Source of the DNA: Octopus vulgaris
Lineage: Eukaryota
NCBI GenBank assembly: GCA_951406725.2
Contig: OX597820.1
Coordinates: forward strand, 88,040,001-88,104,000
Length of the DNA: 64,000 nucleotides
Reading direction: 5' to 3'
Shown: positions 36,186 through 50,280 of the stretch, piece after piece
Numbering within the stretch: position 1 is the stretch's first letter
How the letters are laid out: each line of letters starts with the position of its first letter
The notes under the pieces: model-generated
What the model saw: only the letters and a program-made list of their open reading frames with translations
Told to the model about the DNA's origin: nothing
The model's database searches: none
Made by a program: the position numbers and the translations under genes

Positions 36186-37864
36186 TGAAGATGGGCTGAA
36201 AAGTCCATTGGTAGACTATGAAGGTGAGATGTAAGAGCTGTGAAATGCATTCTTACATGCATTAATTGCGACTCTACTTATTAATAACTGCATTGTTTCT
36301 TTCCAGGTACACTGACCTCTGGTCGTACAAATACGACTTCAAAGTAACTAATAGCGCAGTAGTGGCTGTGTGGTAAGTAGCTTGCTAACCGACCACATGG
36401 TTCCGGGTTCAGTCCCACTGCGTGGCATCTTGGGCAAGTGTCTTCTGCTATAGCCCCGGGCCGACCAATGCCTTGTGAGTGGATTTGGTAGACGGAAACT
36501 GAAAGAAGGCTGTCGTATATATATATATAAGTATGTGTGTATATGTTTGTGTGTCTGTGTTTGTCCCCTTAGCATTGCTTGACAACCGATGCTGGTGTGT
36601 TTACGTCCCCGTCACTTAGCGGTTCGGCAAAAGATACCGATAGAATAAGTACTGGGCTTACAAAAAATAAGTCCCGGGGTCGATTTGCTCGACTAAAGGC
36701 GGTGCTCCAGCATGGCCGCAGTCAAATGACTGAAACAAGTAAAAGCGTAAAAGAGTAATAGCGATTTGTCTTGAAAATGGACAAAATTTGGCATCGTGAT
36801 GTTATCAAGTAGCTGCAGGAAAAGAGTTTACCGCCCAAGGACAATAATGCTGATAGGGTTGCTACGTTAGGAGATGATGCTCCAGCTTTATCAACAGTGC
36901 AAAAGTGGGCAGCTGAATTTAAGAGGGGAAGGCAGAGTCTTGGAGATGACCCAAGATCTGGACATCCTCCAACTGCCCCCCTCTCCCCCGAGGGAAACAT
37001 TGATTGTATTCACCACATAATGATGGATAACAAGAGATTGACTATAAATCAAATAGCCAATGTTATTAACATATCCCGTGAGCGAGTTGAGGATACACAG
37101 CCCAATGATCTTGACATGAAGGTTTCCGCTCGATGGGTGCCACATCTTCTGTTACCTGATCAAAAGCACATCACGGGAAAATCTGACATTGTTTCAGGCA
37201 GATTCAGCTGGTTACTTTGAACGTTTTCTAACTCTGAATAAATGTTGGGTTCATCACTTTGATCCAGAGACAAAGAGACAATCAAAGCGGTGGAATCACC
37301 CCTCCTCACCTGCTCCAAAGAAGGCCAAAATTGTTTAATCTGTTGGAAAGGTGACGGCCTCAGTTTTTCGGGATGCAAAAGGCATTGTGTTTATTGACTA
37401 TCTTCAAAGGGGCCACACCATCGATGAAGAGTACAATGCCAGCTTGCAGAGATAGTTACGAAAGGCTACCAATACCAAACCCCAAGGGAAACTGCCGAAA
37501 GGAGTTTTGTTTCACCAGGACAATGTTCCTTGGCTTCAGTGACTGCTGTGAGTGACTGAGGATTTAAACTGGTTGACCAGCCTCTCTATTCTCTTGATTT
37601 GACCCCATCTGACTAGCATCTGTTCCTCTATATGAAAAATCACTTGGATGGGAACCAGTATCGCAATAATGATGACATAGCTGCTGTTGATGACATTTTT
37701 TGATGAATAGGATGAAAGCTTCTTCACCAATAGTGTCAAGCGCTGCAACACCGGTGGAAGAATTGTGTGGACTGCAAGGATGACTATGTTGAAAAATAAA
37801 CCTCATTTGGTCACATTCCAAGAGAGTATCTTGGTTAAGCTATGAACTTTTCAGTCAACCCTTG
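36186..37864 (+). mobile_element. mariner transposon, near full length and decayed, interrupted by a SINE
   Basis: TIRs (GGGCTGAAAAGT / ACTTTTCAGTCAACCCTTG) flanked by TA; MDKIWHR.., GRQSLGDDPRSGHP, ARWVPHLL, YSLDLTPSD.HLF, DYVEK*. Confidence 0.92.
36357..36755 (+). mobile_element. SINE family A inserted in the mariner 5' UTR
   Basis: TSD TAATAGCG at 36349-36356 and 36756-36763. Confidence 0.92.
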
Positions 37865-37874
37865 TATGTATGCC

Positions 37875-38050
37875 TTTTATCTTTTATTTGTTTCAGTCAT
37901 CAGACTGCGTCCATGCTGGGGCATCACTTTGAAGGATTTTAGTCAAACGAATCGACCCTAATACTTATTTTCTTTTTAGCCTGGTATTTATTCCCCGGTC
38001 TCTTTTGCCGAACCACTAATGTTACGGGAACGTAAACACAACAGACCGGT
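37875..38050 (-). mobile_element. SINE family A, 3' fragment
   Basis: TTGTTTCAGTCATCAGACTGCG...TCTCTTTTGCCGAACC. Confidence 0.8.
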
Positions 38051-38117
38051 TGGTTCTCCAAGGCATAAAAAAGGCACTCGTATATTAGATAATAAAGTGG
38101 GTATATTATAAGTAGAG

Positions 38118-38281
38118 GTGCGCTGTTTTCATTTTCAAGTTTATCACTACAGATTCTATATAAAGTTTGATCGCATATTTTACATCGATGCATTCGTATA
38201 CGAAACGTCGTAACTTTCAGAACTGGCTCTGAACTCTACAGAAAATCTGTAGTGATGAACTTAAAAATGAAAACAATGCAC
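38118..38281. mobile_element. MITE-like inverted repeat element
   Basis: GTGCGCTGTTTTCATTTTCAAGTTTATCACTACAGATT pairs with AATCTGTAGTGATGAACTTAAAAATGAAAACAATGCAC. Confidence 0.75.
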
Positions 38282-38339
38282 TGCTAACACTAAAGTAAAG
38301 CACAATATTGACTTGTAAACCTTTAATATACTATACTTG

Positions 38340-38525
38340 GTAGTATATTATGGTTGCAAAGTGAAATACTGTGCCCTTGCTAGCAATTAATTATCGATAA
38401 AATATAATAAACCTGACTTCATAATTTACCGAATGGTGCAACAGGAAACCCCTTCAAGATCAGAGTCAGCAAGCACAAGTCCTGTTTTCGAGTTCAGGAG
38501 AGACATAACGTCACTTGCTCCAAGT
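38340..38525 (+). mobile_element. Penelope-like GIY-YIG endonuclease remnant
   Basis: VVYYGCKV...GATGNPFKIRVSKHKSCFRVQERHNVTCSK. Confidence 0.6.
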
Positions 38526-39536
38526 GTAGAAAGGCAAATTAACAGTCATCAGACATGTGTGAATAGATATAGTGTAAGATAAGACCTTTTTCACCGGAGG
38601 TTTGTAAACATTATGCACGGTTTATGAGTTTTAATGAGGGTGTGAGACAAAAATTGAATAAAACGAAAGAACGGAACGAAACTCAGCATTGAAAAAATAC
38701 GGACAAAAGAAATCAAGACTAGCCCTTGAGCCAATTAGAATTATGTTCTTTAGATTAGTGCTTATATTGGGCAGCGTTCTTTTCTTTTTGTTCGTTCTAC
38801 AGCCATATACTTCGCCAATGTTGTGACGTTACACATCTAAATTTTAATTTTAAAAGAGGGTTTGTGATTGTTGAGTCTGGTCTTGAAGAGGCCTCCGGTT
38901 GCACACATTTACTTCTGTACCTTCGTCACCCCGCTGGAATCCTTTGATATTATTGTCCCTCATATATGACAGCTTCTCTGTCATTTTCACTGTTTAGTTG
39001 GTATGTAACGTTATCTCTGTATGAGCAGCTTGCCTCTGTGTTTGATTTGGGTCTGTTTACTAAAACAATAGCTACCATTTGAAATTTATCTTCATATTCC
39101 TATTTATAGTTGTATTTTCTACATGTATAAGAAGAGTACAGGAGGCGGTCGAAAAAGCCAGCTTCTATATATGGCTGAAGCGGGAAAACGAAAATGGCTT
39201 GAAAGTCATAAACACGCCGACGGGAAATAACATCATTAGGTGAGACAAGCTGACTGGCAGGTGACGGTCGTTTAGAAAAAGCGCGGGCTAAAACTACGCG
39301 CCTTCACTAGTCAGTTAAGGTGAGACAGTGTCACGTGACAGCTTGCTGGGGCTGCCTGTTGGAGCCTATGCGGCAGGTATTTAAAGGGAAAAAAAATTTG
39401 ACAAGACAGTCAGTCACCGGCTGACACTCGCTGACGATACATCGAAGAGGCCAGGGAACAGAAGAAAGAAGAAAGAAGATATGCACCAAACATCAGAGCT
39501 GAAGACACCTCCGAAAGGGGGGGACGCCACGTCAAA

Positions 39537-39569
<33 letters not shown>

Positions 39570-39570
<1 letters not shown>

Positions 39571-40118
39571 TAATATAGTTGAAATTTATAGAAAAACAGT
39601 ATGATGTATATATGTGGGCGAAAGTTATCTTTGTGTATGTGGCGTGTTGCGTGTGTATGTATATATTGTCTGTGTTCAGGCATTATGTGCTTGCGAGGGC
39701 TTAGGAGTGTAATGAAACTTTGTGATGTGTGTACTGAGTTAAACAGTGTGTTGAGCTGCTCATAGTGTGGTATGTATGGTGACACTATTGAAGATAGGAT
39801 GTAGGTGTGTGGATGATAGTGTGTGGTGTGGGTGCTGAGAAGTGGTCAGTGCTAGTGTGTGTGGAGTGGTGTAGGGTTGGTGTCAAATGAAGTGAGGAGT
39901 TGAAGTTGGTGTCAGATAAAGAGAAAAGGTGAGTTGAGGCGATAAGGTGCAAAAGAGCGAAGGGAGAAGATTAATCTCTATTCACGGCGAAGGCGGGAGT
40001 TCGGGTGGCCCCTGTACAAACACAGTCCGAACACAACACAGACAAATGTTGTAGCGAATGACCTGTAGAGCGGAAATGGGGCGAGACCAGGTTGTCATTA
40101 CTGAGTCTGATGTCTCGA
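39570..40118 (-). mobile_element. Penelope-like (Neptune-type) endonuclease C-terminus plus 3' region
   Basis: RDIRLSNDNLVSPHFRSTGHSLQHLSV then FGLCLYRGHPNSRLRRE*RLIFSLRSFAPYRLNSPFLFI*, ending at 39912. Confidence 0.7.
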
Positions 40119-40150
40119 TATATATATGTGCGTGTGTGTGTGTGTGTGTG

Positions 40151-40207
<57 letters not shown>

Positions 40208-40342
40208 ATGTATGTATGTATATACAGAGAGAGAGAGGGGGGAGAGAGAGAGAGATCCAATATAGGAAGAATCAACAAAGAAGTATTCCATTCAGTGAAA
40301 GATAAATATCAGCAATTTAACACACAACCGAAAGAGTTTAGC

Positions 40343-40794
40343 TTGGAGTTATTCCCATGCCTTCTTTGACAAGAATAAAGTTGTCAGCACGGCTAATGAC
40401 CTTTTCCGTCAGAACGAGAATATCTTTAATTGGTAACAATCTTTTTGCGGTTCATTGTATCAGGTATACGGTTGTGTATTAAATTGATATGTGTATGTGT
40501 GGTCAACGTTGTATAATTATATATGGAAGATACACTTCAGAAATAGTATACAAATCCCTGTTATAAATATCTATACTGTTTGGTTTCACAAAACAATATT
40601 CTGCAAACAATCGACTAAATCTTGCGTATGTTCGTGTTTTGAGTATTGTATAGTTATGTATTTATCTGAACATACTTGATATAATGAACCATAAAAGATT
40701 GTTACCAATTAAGGATCTACTCGTTATAACGAGAAAGGTCATTAGCCGTGCTGACAATTTTATTTTGTTAAAGAAGGCATGAGAATAAGTCCAA
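40343..40794. mobile_element. MITE with about 115-bp terminal inverted repeats
   Basis: CATGCCTTCTTTGACAAGAATAAAGTTGTCAGCACGGCTAATGACCTTT..AATTGGTAACAATCTTTT mirrors 40683-40794. Confidence 0.85.
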
Positions 40795-41977
40795 TTTCTA
40801 GCTTGACTAAAAACTAAACGGGGTCATACAGTGAACAGTTTAACTGTAGGAAGTTGCAAGTTTTAACTAGTTTGATCATTAAAATAAGTTATTGCAAAAA
40901 TTTGACACATATTGTATTTTTGTTATATTTATCGGTGTTATGATGTGCGATATGCACTTGAAATTTTATTTTGTTTACATTTAACACCGGTTGGAAATAG
41001 CAGCACTTCTCTGGTGCTACTGATGCTTAGATGTCTCGGAATCTATGAGTGCTATATTTAGACTTATAACAAACAGCCAATTGCATTAGAATTGGTTGAA
41101 GTAGAAAATTATCTGTTAATGCTAATTGTTGTCTATGTGTGACTCTTTTAATGTTCATTAACTGTTTGTCATTTATAAGAAATATGTTTATATAAACGTC
41201 AGAAAGACATCAACTATATCTACAAGTGCTTTCTCAATAGTCTTCTACTCTTTTAGACTATTTGGGTACTACACTGTCTTTTTCATACATTCACTTGTAA
41301 AGGAATCCATTTTAACAATAAAACATCCAAATCTTGAAAAATTTAGTCTCGACATTTCTGGCAGCCTCTAAAGAGGAAACTGTCTGTCTGCCGTGAAATA
41401 CCAACCATCGTTGATATCTCTATAAAATACCACTGTATACTATAATTACTTAGTGACACAGTGAGTTAGATCCGCCTACAATAAACTTCTTTTTCTTTAT
41501 GACGTGTTCGTAACATTACCTACGCCAAGAAAATAAAAACAAACATTAATAAATGTCATTCTGCGTGGCAGTCAGCCAAAGGGTCGTTGGTTGGTTTCTG
41601 GTTAACGGTACTATGTCATGTCCGTGGTTAAGGTTGTAGGTAGTTGTTAGTATCCAAATCTGTTTAGCTCCAAGTAGATACTGCAGAGTGGTAGAGTCTC
41701 ACTAGTGTGAGAAGTAGCATCACTGGGGAAATACGCAAGTATTTCAGTGATGCATTCTATCCAACACCACGATGTTTAGAAGTATAATTTTAATGCAACC
41801 TTGTGACATGGTAGTTAATATCAATGTGACATTCCTACAAGAGAAAAAGCGTTCCCCACCTCTGCTATAGTGGAAGATACTAACCCACTCATGGGGCTGC
41901 ACATCGCAATTGAAAGTTATGTTTCCAAAGTGAACTTTTTTATCGCATAACCGAACCAGCAAAAATATATAAATAAA

Positions 41978-42137
41978 GATGCAAGCGTAGCTGTGTGGTA
42001 AGAAGCTTGCTTCCCAACTACATGGTTCCGGGATCATTCCCACTGCGCGGCACCTTGGGCAAGTGTCTTCTATAGCCTTGGGCCAACTGAAGCTTTGTGG
42101 GTGGATTTAGTAGATGGAAGCTGAAAGCCCGTCGTAT

Positions 42138-42200
<63 letters not shown>

Positions 42201-42411
42201 CGTGTGTGTGTGTGTGTGTGTTTGCTTCTGTGTGTCTGTGTTTGTCTCCTCATCACCAATCGACAACCGGTGTTGGTGTCTTTATGCCCCCATAACTTAG
42301 CAGTTCGGCAAAAGAGACGATAGAATAAGTAGTAGGCTTAAAAAATTAAGTCCTGCTGTCAATATGTTCGACTAAAACCCTTCCAATGACTGAAATAAGT
42401 AAAAGATAAAA
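41978..42411 (+). mobile_element. SINE family A
   Basis: Head, ACCTTGGGCAAGT box, internal (TG)n, partly deleted tail. Confidence 0.88.
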
Positions 42412-42839
42412 TGAATAAATAAATAAATGAATAAATAAATATATAAAAAAAATAACCACAAACCTCTCAAACAGATCTGTTGTTGTTTCCAGCTTGTTTA
42501 TACGCATATTTATAGTAATTTATCGTAAGGTGAATGACTTAACACAGTCATAAAGTAGAATTATACATACTCTTATAATGAGTATATCATCACCAAAGTT
42601 TTCGGAATGTAGTCTTTTGTCTGTTATATTTTTATTTCGTTATATATTGTTCCATGCACCGCACGATCTCCCGCTGCTCTGACTGCTACTTAGTAATTCT
42701 ATAGTCACTCATAGACCAACCAATGCGAAAATTAACGTGCTTTTGCGAACTTAGATTCTTTAGTCTCAAATTTCAATTTTCTGATTTTTAAGGTAAATTC
42801 TTTATTTTTTTTTTTTTGCATGAATTTTTCTGTTATCTA

Positions 42840-43492
42840 TCTTTTATCATTTATTTTCTATTTGCTTCAGTCATTGGACTGCAGCCATGCTGGCGCATCG
42901 CCCTGAAGAGGTTTTGCCGAACAAATTGCTCCCAAGTCTGGTACTTATTCTGTAGTTTTATTTTGCCGAACCACTAAGTTACGGTGAGGTAAACGAATCA
43001 ACACCGGTTGTCAAACGGTGTTGAGTCGACAGACACAAATACAAAGACACGCACATATGCATAAACACACACATACGTATACATACGCGACGGGCTTCTT
43101 TCTGTTTCTTATTTCTTATGTCTTTATTGCCTACAAGGGGCTAAACATAGAGGGAACAAACAAGGACAGACAAACGGATTAAGTCAATTACATCGACCCC
43201 AGTGCGTAACTGGTACTTATTTAATCGACCCCGAAAGGATGAAAGGCAAAGTCGACCTCGGCGGAATTTGAACTCAGAACGTAATGGCAGACGAAATACC
43301 GCAAAGCATTTCGCCCGGCGTGCTAACGTTTCTGCCAGCTCGCCGCCTTGGGCTTCTTTCTGTCTACCAAAATTCACTCACAAGGCTTTGGGCTGTAGTA
43401 GAAGTGATTTGCTCAAGGTGCCACGCAGTGGGACTGAACCCGAAACCTTAAGGCTGAAAACAAACTTCTTACCACACGGCTATGCCTGCGCC
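42840..43492 (-). mobile_element. Old SINE family A interrupted by a young SINE B (43106-43349, -)
   Basis: TSD GGGCTTCTTTCTGT at 43092-43105 and 43350-43363. Confidence 0.88.
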
Positions 43493-44149
43493 TGTTATGA
43501 AGTTTCTATTGCAATTTCTGTTTCCTCTGCTTTGATGTCATTTTGTTTACGATTCTCTCCAGGATTGTAGCCAAATACAGACATCATAGATTATTGTGTT
43601 CCGCTCTTTTTACTCCCACAGTCAATATTTCCGTTCCCCCGCCCTACAAACACAGCCCCCCACACACACACACACACGACCCCCACCAAAAAACAGTCGT
43701 GTTTGTTTAAGGGTTCGCTCTGGTGTTGCAGAAATTACTAAAATCAGCTTGTCTAAAAATTGATTTTACTCTCAACGATTAAGGAGCAAAACTGACGCAG
43801 ACATGGGTCTGATCTTAAAAAGTTGATTTTGTAACAAATTGTTTCAGGTTCCGTCCCCATCGCACGTATACAGCACCCCTTGGCCAAGTGTCCTCTAATT
43901 TAGTCCCCCCCCCATCCCCTGTTAAACAATGTCTTCCGAGTGAGATATGGTAAACGCAACTGTACTCTGTTTGTACGTGTGTGTGTGTGTGGAATGGGGG
44001 TGACAACTCTTCTGTACCTGCAAGAAAAAAAAGAGAAGCATTAAGGAGAAGATTGATCATTTGTACGTTGTGTTACGGCCGACAAGGTCTATTCTGGTTG
44101 GGAAACGTGTTTTACAGACCACCTACCCAGTATGTTCACTTAGACCAGG

Positions 44150-45290
44150 GTTGTTAGGGCAGGGTTTGCGAGTTTCGCTTTTGGGTTGTTTCATAATATT
44201 CATTTGGAGTCCCTAGTGTTAGTTACCTTCCAAGCAGACCTATCTTAAACAAGATCTTCTCTTGAGTTTAGGTTGATCTAGGAGGAGTTCAAGATTGTCC
44301 TCTCTCTCTGCATCTAGTTTACAAGTTTCACCAACACTGCGACTTACATTCGCCAACTCAAAATAGAAAATTGCTTTTGGCAGCCTAGAATCAGGCATTC
44401 TTATGTATCCAGCCCAACGCAGCTGGATTTGTTTGGGCTTGGCAAAGAAAATTGGTGCATTAGAATGTCTGAGAACCTCTTTATATTTAAATTTTATCGT
44501 GCCACTTTATGCCTAGAATTTTCCTAAGACGAGACATATGGAAATGGTTGCATTTTTTAGCATCAGATTGTTACACCGTCCAAATTTCAGCTCTATAGAA
44601 GAGATCTAAAAAGATGTGAGCATTTTAAACTTTCATTATTGTATCAATATGAATATTTGATCTGTCTCATATTGTGTGATGTAGTTTTCTGAAATGTGCA
44701 TTCACCTTACCAATACGTAAAAATACTTCAGCATCGCTGTAGAAATTTAAGTACAGTGTTCTTTCAAGATAAAGTTGCCTACATTTTTCAGCTCGGTCTC
44801 AGTTACTTTTATTCTAGCAATCCTACACCAACCTGTCCTGAGACAGGTTGATGTAGGACTTCTATTTTTGCAGTACTGATAAGGAGGTCAAAGTTGTTGC
44901 AGGCCTTTCAGAATTAAACCAACACATGTTCGAATGTTGTAGGTATCGTGCATAAGCAATCCATAATTATCAGCAAACAAATGTTCACGGCTGTTTGCAA
45001 TTTGCGAAGACTGGACAATTTGTCGTCCCATCTCTACTTAATGTTACATAATGTCAAATCCAGATGCAGGTATTCTGAAAGCCTGCAGCAAAATAACAGA
45101 GAAAAGGAAGGGAATAAGACAAAACCCTGCTTGATATCATTTGTGATTGAAAATTGTACAAATATGTCTCCATTAATCCCAGTTTACTATCATGAAATTG
45201 ATGCTCCAAACACACGAACATGCGCGGACAACTGTATTTCGCAAGGCTTGTCCATAAATCAAATCGACTGCGCATCGCACTGATCTATCC
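44150..45290 (-). mobile_element. Decayed RTE LINE reverse transcriptase region
   Basis: Minus-strand remnants ITNDIKQGF, REHLFADNY and IQLRWAG. Confidence 0.75.
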
Positions 45291-45758
45291 ACGCGCACGC
45301 GCGCGTAAAAGGTTTATAAGGGATTAATAATCCTGGCGAAATACGTCTTAAACTCTCTATTGATAAAAATACATCAGGCTAACAAAAAGTCCTGTGATCG
45401 GTACTGTACACCAGATAATCCCAAATAAAAGTCCATCACTAGTCAAATTTGTAAATCCACGGTCCCATTACCAAGTTGAGATAGTATGTTGTTACAGAGT
45501 GATTCAGAGAATAGACAAAAATAATGGATTATATATATTTACTTATTTAAGGCTTACAGTCGTTTCAGATGTACGTTTAGGTTGGTTCATGGTTCAATTT
45601 TAAGAATCAATTGATTCATTGACTGAAAAAATATATGAAACCGCCACCCTAAGATATCTTCTTCAGAGCTGCAACAAACCAGCACGACGAGCCAAGTCAT
45701 GATAAAACTTCAAGATGTACGTTAATCTGTAATATTCAAAAATAATTAAATACAAAAT

Positions 45759-45989
45759 ATATTCTGTTGTGTCTGGGGAGAATCATTTTCTTTTTGTGCC
45801 TTATAAATTAACACATTCACCGGTAAAATTTCCATTTATTTCTTATAGTCAAGACTATTGAAAAGGTTGCAAGACGCAACGAAAATTTTAGGAAAATAAA
45901 AATAAGAAATAAGTAGAAATTTTTCCGGCGAGTGTGTTAAATTATAAGGCACAAAAACAAAATGACTTTCCCCAGACACAATAGAATAT
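45759..45989. mobile_element. Foldback element with arms of about 90 bp
   Basis: ATATTCTGTTGTGTCTGGGGAGAATCATTTT..GTGCCTTATAA mirrors TTATAAGGCAC..AAAATGACTTTCCCCAGACACAATAGAATAT. Confidence 0.85.
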
Positions 45990-46316
45990 GCTTCAACACA
46001 CGAACTCACAAAAAGAATCTTGCAAACCAAATCCAAAAACGAAACAAAGTATATTGTTCTCCGGAAACATGTATTGGAGCTTTTGCCTCATAATTATTTG
46101 ATATTCGTGTATGTGTATATAAGAGCTCATTGTGATATGAGTGTGAGAGCATGTGAATGTGTACATACACACATCAACGTCCCCGTCCACTTGCGAGCAC
46201 GCGCGCTCATACACGCACATGCGCGCGCACACACACATATCCGTGTGTATAAGCGTGTGCCATTATGCGGATGTTATGCAATATATAAAGCATTATATGT
46301 ATAAACATGTTGCCCG

Positions 46317-46354
<38 letters not shown>

Positions 46355-46768
46355 TTTGGTGTGTTTGAAGTATGTACTTCTATAAACGACTATTTATATG
46401 TGTTTGAATGAATGCGCGCGTGTATGTTTGTGCTTGTGTGTATGTAAGCGTGTAATTAAGGCAATTAGTTGTACTTGCAGCATTGTGCTCGAAAACTAAT
46501 TAGTTACTCAAGCTTGCTGTTCGGACTAAAGGGAAGACACACACAAAAAAGTGGAATGTAAGTTCTATTGACATCTGGGGAATTGCTTAAATAACACAAA
46601 CAACAAGAAAGATTCCTTTGATAATCACATTTCTGCTTTTTAAATAAAAGTCTTGTTTAGTGTAAACTAACTCACATCCACACAGACTCACATAAATTCT
46701 TGTGGCTATACGTGCAACAGATAAGCCTTAAGTACATTTATATATAACCCTCACGCTTCTGTGTGTGT

Positions 46769-46824
<56 letters not shown>

Positions 46825-46937
46825 TTATGTATGCATGAATGTGTTGTGTCGATATATATATATATATAAATAAATGTATGGTGTGTTTAGTTATGCAAGC
46901 ATATATATGTGTGTATGTGCGCGCGTATGTACGTATA

Positions 46938-46982
<45 letters not shown>

Positions 46983-47120
46983 GCGCACTGACACACACAC
47001 ACAGATGCGTTAATAAGGAACTGGGAGAAAGAATATTCAATACCGAAAAGGTGGATAATAAATTCTTTAATGGAATTCTACATGGCCTCAGCTCACGAAC
47101 TGAATCTAAACTAATAAAAG

Positions 47121-47159
<39 letters not shown>

Positions 47160-47757
47160 GTACAAGCTCATGCACCCATATATCTGCTTGGATATGTCCA
47201 AATAGGTCTCTGTTAAACACATTGTCTTGGCTTCCAAACCTGTTCGAATTTTCAAAGTTTATAACAATGCTTCAAATTTCACCTTAAAAATATAAATTGT
47301 TTGAAATATTCCAGAATTTTTTACCAGAAGTTGGTAGGAATTCTTGTCACATTTTCTGTTATAATCGAGTGTTTCGTGGGTGAGATATAGTAATTATACT
47401 ATTAATTTAACCACTGTCTCATTGACGGGAAGTTACTGAAAGCTGTTGCTATCACTGCTACTATATCCGTTTCACAGAAATCTTATGGGGAAGAATTGGA
47501 AGTTCGTAAGATAAAGGGAAAACAGCCAACTGCAGCTGGTTAGAGAACCAGTAGCAATATATTTGGTTTCTATTACAATTTTGTAAATTCGAAGTATGTG
47601 TTAAATTTGAAAAAATTCACTTAGAGATAAAGAAACAAGACAGAAGAGAGGTGAGAAAGGAAAAGAAAGAAAAGGAAATAAAAAAGAAAAAGGGTGGGAT
47701 GGGGGTAAAGTAGTTGAAGATGGAGAGGGAAGGGGTGATAGACCACATATCCTAGAA

Positions 47758-48014
47758 CAGTGGTTCTCAAACTTTTTCGGGTTGCATCCCCTTGGCATCC
47801 GGGCCCCATTCTTAGCGCCCCACCTCCATTCACCATTACAAACGCAAACCACTAACTGAAGCAAATTCAAAATAACTGTACTTCACAAATAAAACTTAAC
47901 CTAATTAACCTATTATTTTGTTGTTTTTGGCTACCCCTATTTTCCTTCAAGTTCCCTGGATTTTTCCACCGCCCTCAGCGGGAGGGACAGTACCGCCCAC
48001 TTTAGGAACCAATG
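47758..48014. mobile_element. hAT (Charlie-like) MITE
   Basis: Ends CAGTGGTTCTCAAAC / TTTAGGAACCAATG; 8-bp TSD TCCTAGAA / TCCTAGAG. Confidence 0.8.
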
Positions 48015-48225
48015 TCCTAGAGCAAATGGTGTGCCCAGCCGCGCTCTGCAGTAACGACTGCGATGGTGTTGCAGCAGAGATTGGCCAGCGACACTCGCTG
48101 CATTAATCACTCTCACCTCGCGGGACTCGTTTCTCCGATGGTCCGCCGTTATCCCTATTCTGTGGAGGAGGTCAGTAGTATGGAGTCCGAAAACACCTGA
48201 CGTCGGACAGGAAAGTGTGTATATA

Positions 48226-48835
48226 TACAAAGAGTGCGTCAGCTATTTGCGAACAAAAACTTTTAATAACCATGAGTAGCATAAACGTAAACCAAATATC
48301 CTTTCTTTTTTCAGTCCTTGCATGGGATCTTCGAATTCAATGCAGATGATACATGGAAGCTTCGAATCTAATGCAAACGATGAAAATGCCTGACATTGCC
48401 TCGCCTTAACCACCAATTACAAAGATCCTGAGATTGCAGCAACGAGAATCTCGGTAAATCAATAACGATATCAGGTGCAAATCCTATATTATGTGAAGTC
48501 AGTCCATGCCCGATAAGACTAGAGAAAACTGTGCGATCCAGTCGAAGCGATTGCTGAACAAACTCAAGGGGCTCCAAGACCCCAACATGCTCAAATTCTT
48601 CCCAGATAATAAAAGCTTAGCCTAAGATCAAAAAGTTCACAAGGAGAATGACTGATGGCTCTGCACCAGCTCTGAAATCTCCACTTTTATGCATACCAAG
48701 TTCCCATCATCTGTGATGGTCTCGAGAGTCGTAAGCAATGAAGGCCCTGTCATACCTTCTCATTTTCCCTGAGGGTCTTAGGATCAATGTGGCAGCCTGC
48801 GTCAAGATAATAGAGACGTTTGTAAAATCCTGAGC
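48226..48835 (+). mobile_element. Tc1/mariner-superfamily transposase remnant
   Basis: TKFPSSVMV..VVSNEGPVIPSHF..GLRINVAA..IETFVK, matching the SVMV.G..S.EG..MPPHFF motif. Confidence 0.7.
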
Positions 48836-48959
48836 GATAAGAAAATGAGATGACAAAATAATAAATGATTATCATATGAAGCTCATATGATACTCGTTTG
48901 TCCCTTTGCCATTTCATTTTTTTTTTTTTGTATATATGTGCGCGCGCGTGTAAATTGTA

Positions 48960-49253
48960 TAATGGCCTAGTGGTTAGGGCAGCGGACTCGCGGTCGTAGG
49001 ATCGCGGTTTCGATTCCCAGACCGAGCGTTGTGAGTGTTTATTGAGCGAAAACACCTAAAGCTCCACGAGGCTCCGGCAGGGGGTGGTGGTGACCCCTGC
49101 TGTATACTTCCGCCACAACTTTCTCTCACTCTTTCTTCTGTTTGCCTGCTCGCTTAGCCAGCGGGGTGGCGTCGTTTGAAGGCTAAAACAATGCGAAGCG
49201 CATTGTGACCAGCGATGTGTAACAACATCTGATAGCTTGGTCGGTCACGGTGA
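48960..49253 (+). mobile_element. SINE family C, tail type 1
   Basis: Near-identical to 25263-25570. Confidence 0.9.
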
Positions 49254-49417
49254 TATATATATAAAATATACAGTTCTGTGATAGAAAATTCAACTAAAAA
49301 ATGTACTCCATCTGGTGAAAGATAAATATTATTTATTTAAAGGACACTAGATGTCTTTAAGCGCTACTCAGTTTCATATGTGGAGAAATATTCTGAAACA
49401 TATTCATCAAGCAAAAA

Positions 49418-49533
<116 letters not shown>

Positions 49534-49616
49534 AAACATATATATTATGCAGTAATTAAATTATATATTTTGCACTTTATTGTGCTTTGTTATGTGCGTG
49601 ATGTCTCGGTCTGTGA

Positions 49617-49674
49617 AAAAAAAATTGTCTTGCATGAAACCAGTCTAAGGTGCCAAAAGGTTGGGAGACCGCTG
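49617..49674 (+). mobile_element. hAT (MER1-like) terminal fragment
   Basis: AAAATTGTCTTGCATGAAACCAGTC..GGTGCCAAAAGGTTGGGAGACCGCTG followed by GTCTAAAC. Confidence 0.7.
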
Positions 49675-50249
49675 GTCTAAACCGATCTACATATATAAAT
49701 TTAAAACAAGCTAGCAAATAAGAACGTGTCTACGTGGTCGGTCGACTTACTGGAAATAGCAACTAAATCTGCATCGTATGAGTTCTTTTTAAGAAATTAC
49801 GTAGTGTTGGATGCCGTAGTTAAAATACATTTTCATAGACGTGCTGAATTAGGGCGGAAATAGGATTAAAAAGCAACTATAAGTTTCATATGATGAGGAG
49901 GTCTAAAGAAGAGTTTGAATTTGGCAATTATGACAGTAGTAACCTGGGCAGAGTTTATAATTTGCCCCACCAACGCGCACTACCACGACAGGAATGTGAG
50001 ATAAGACTAAAAATAATTCAGATGAGAAAGATGAAACATGAGAATAGCAATAAGCGTGGCTGAAGAAAAGAGAAGCTTCTCGCATGTCAAACCTATCCAG
50101 GAAATTACACACACACACACAAAAAAAAAAAAAACACACGCGCACACACAAACGCACATACATCACACACACACATACACACTCACATACACATACCCAT
50201 GCACACACGCAAACACATAAATGTATGTATGTATGCATATGTATATATG

Positions 50250-50280
<31 letters not shown>

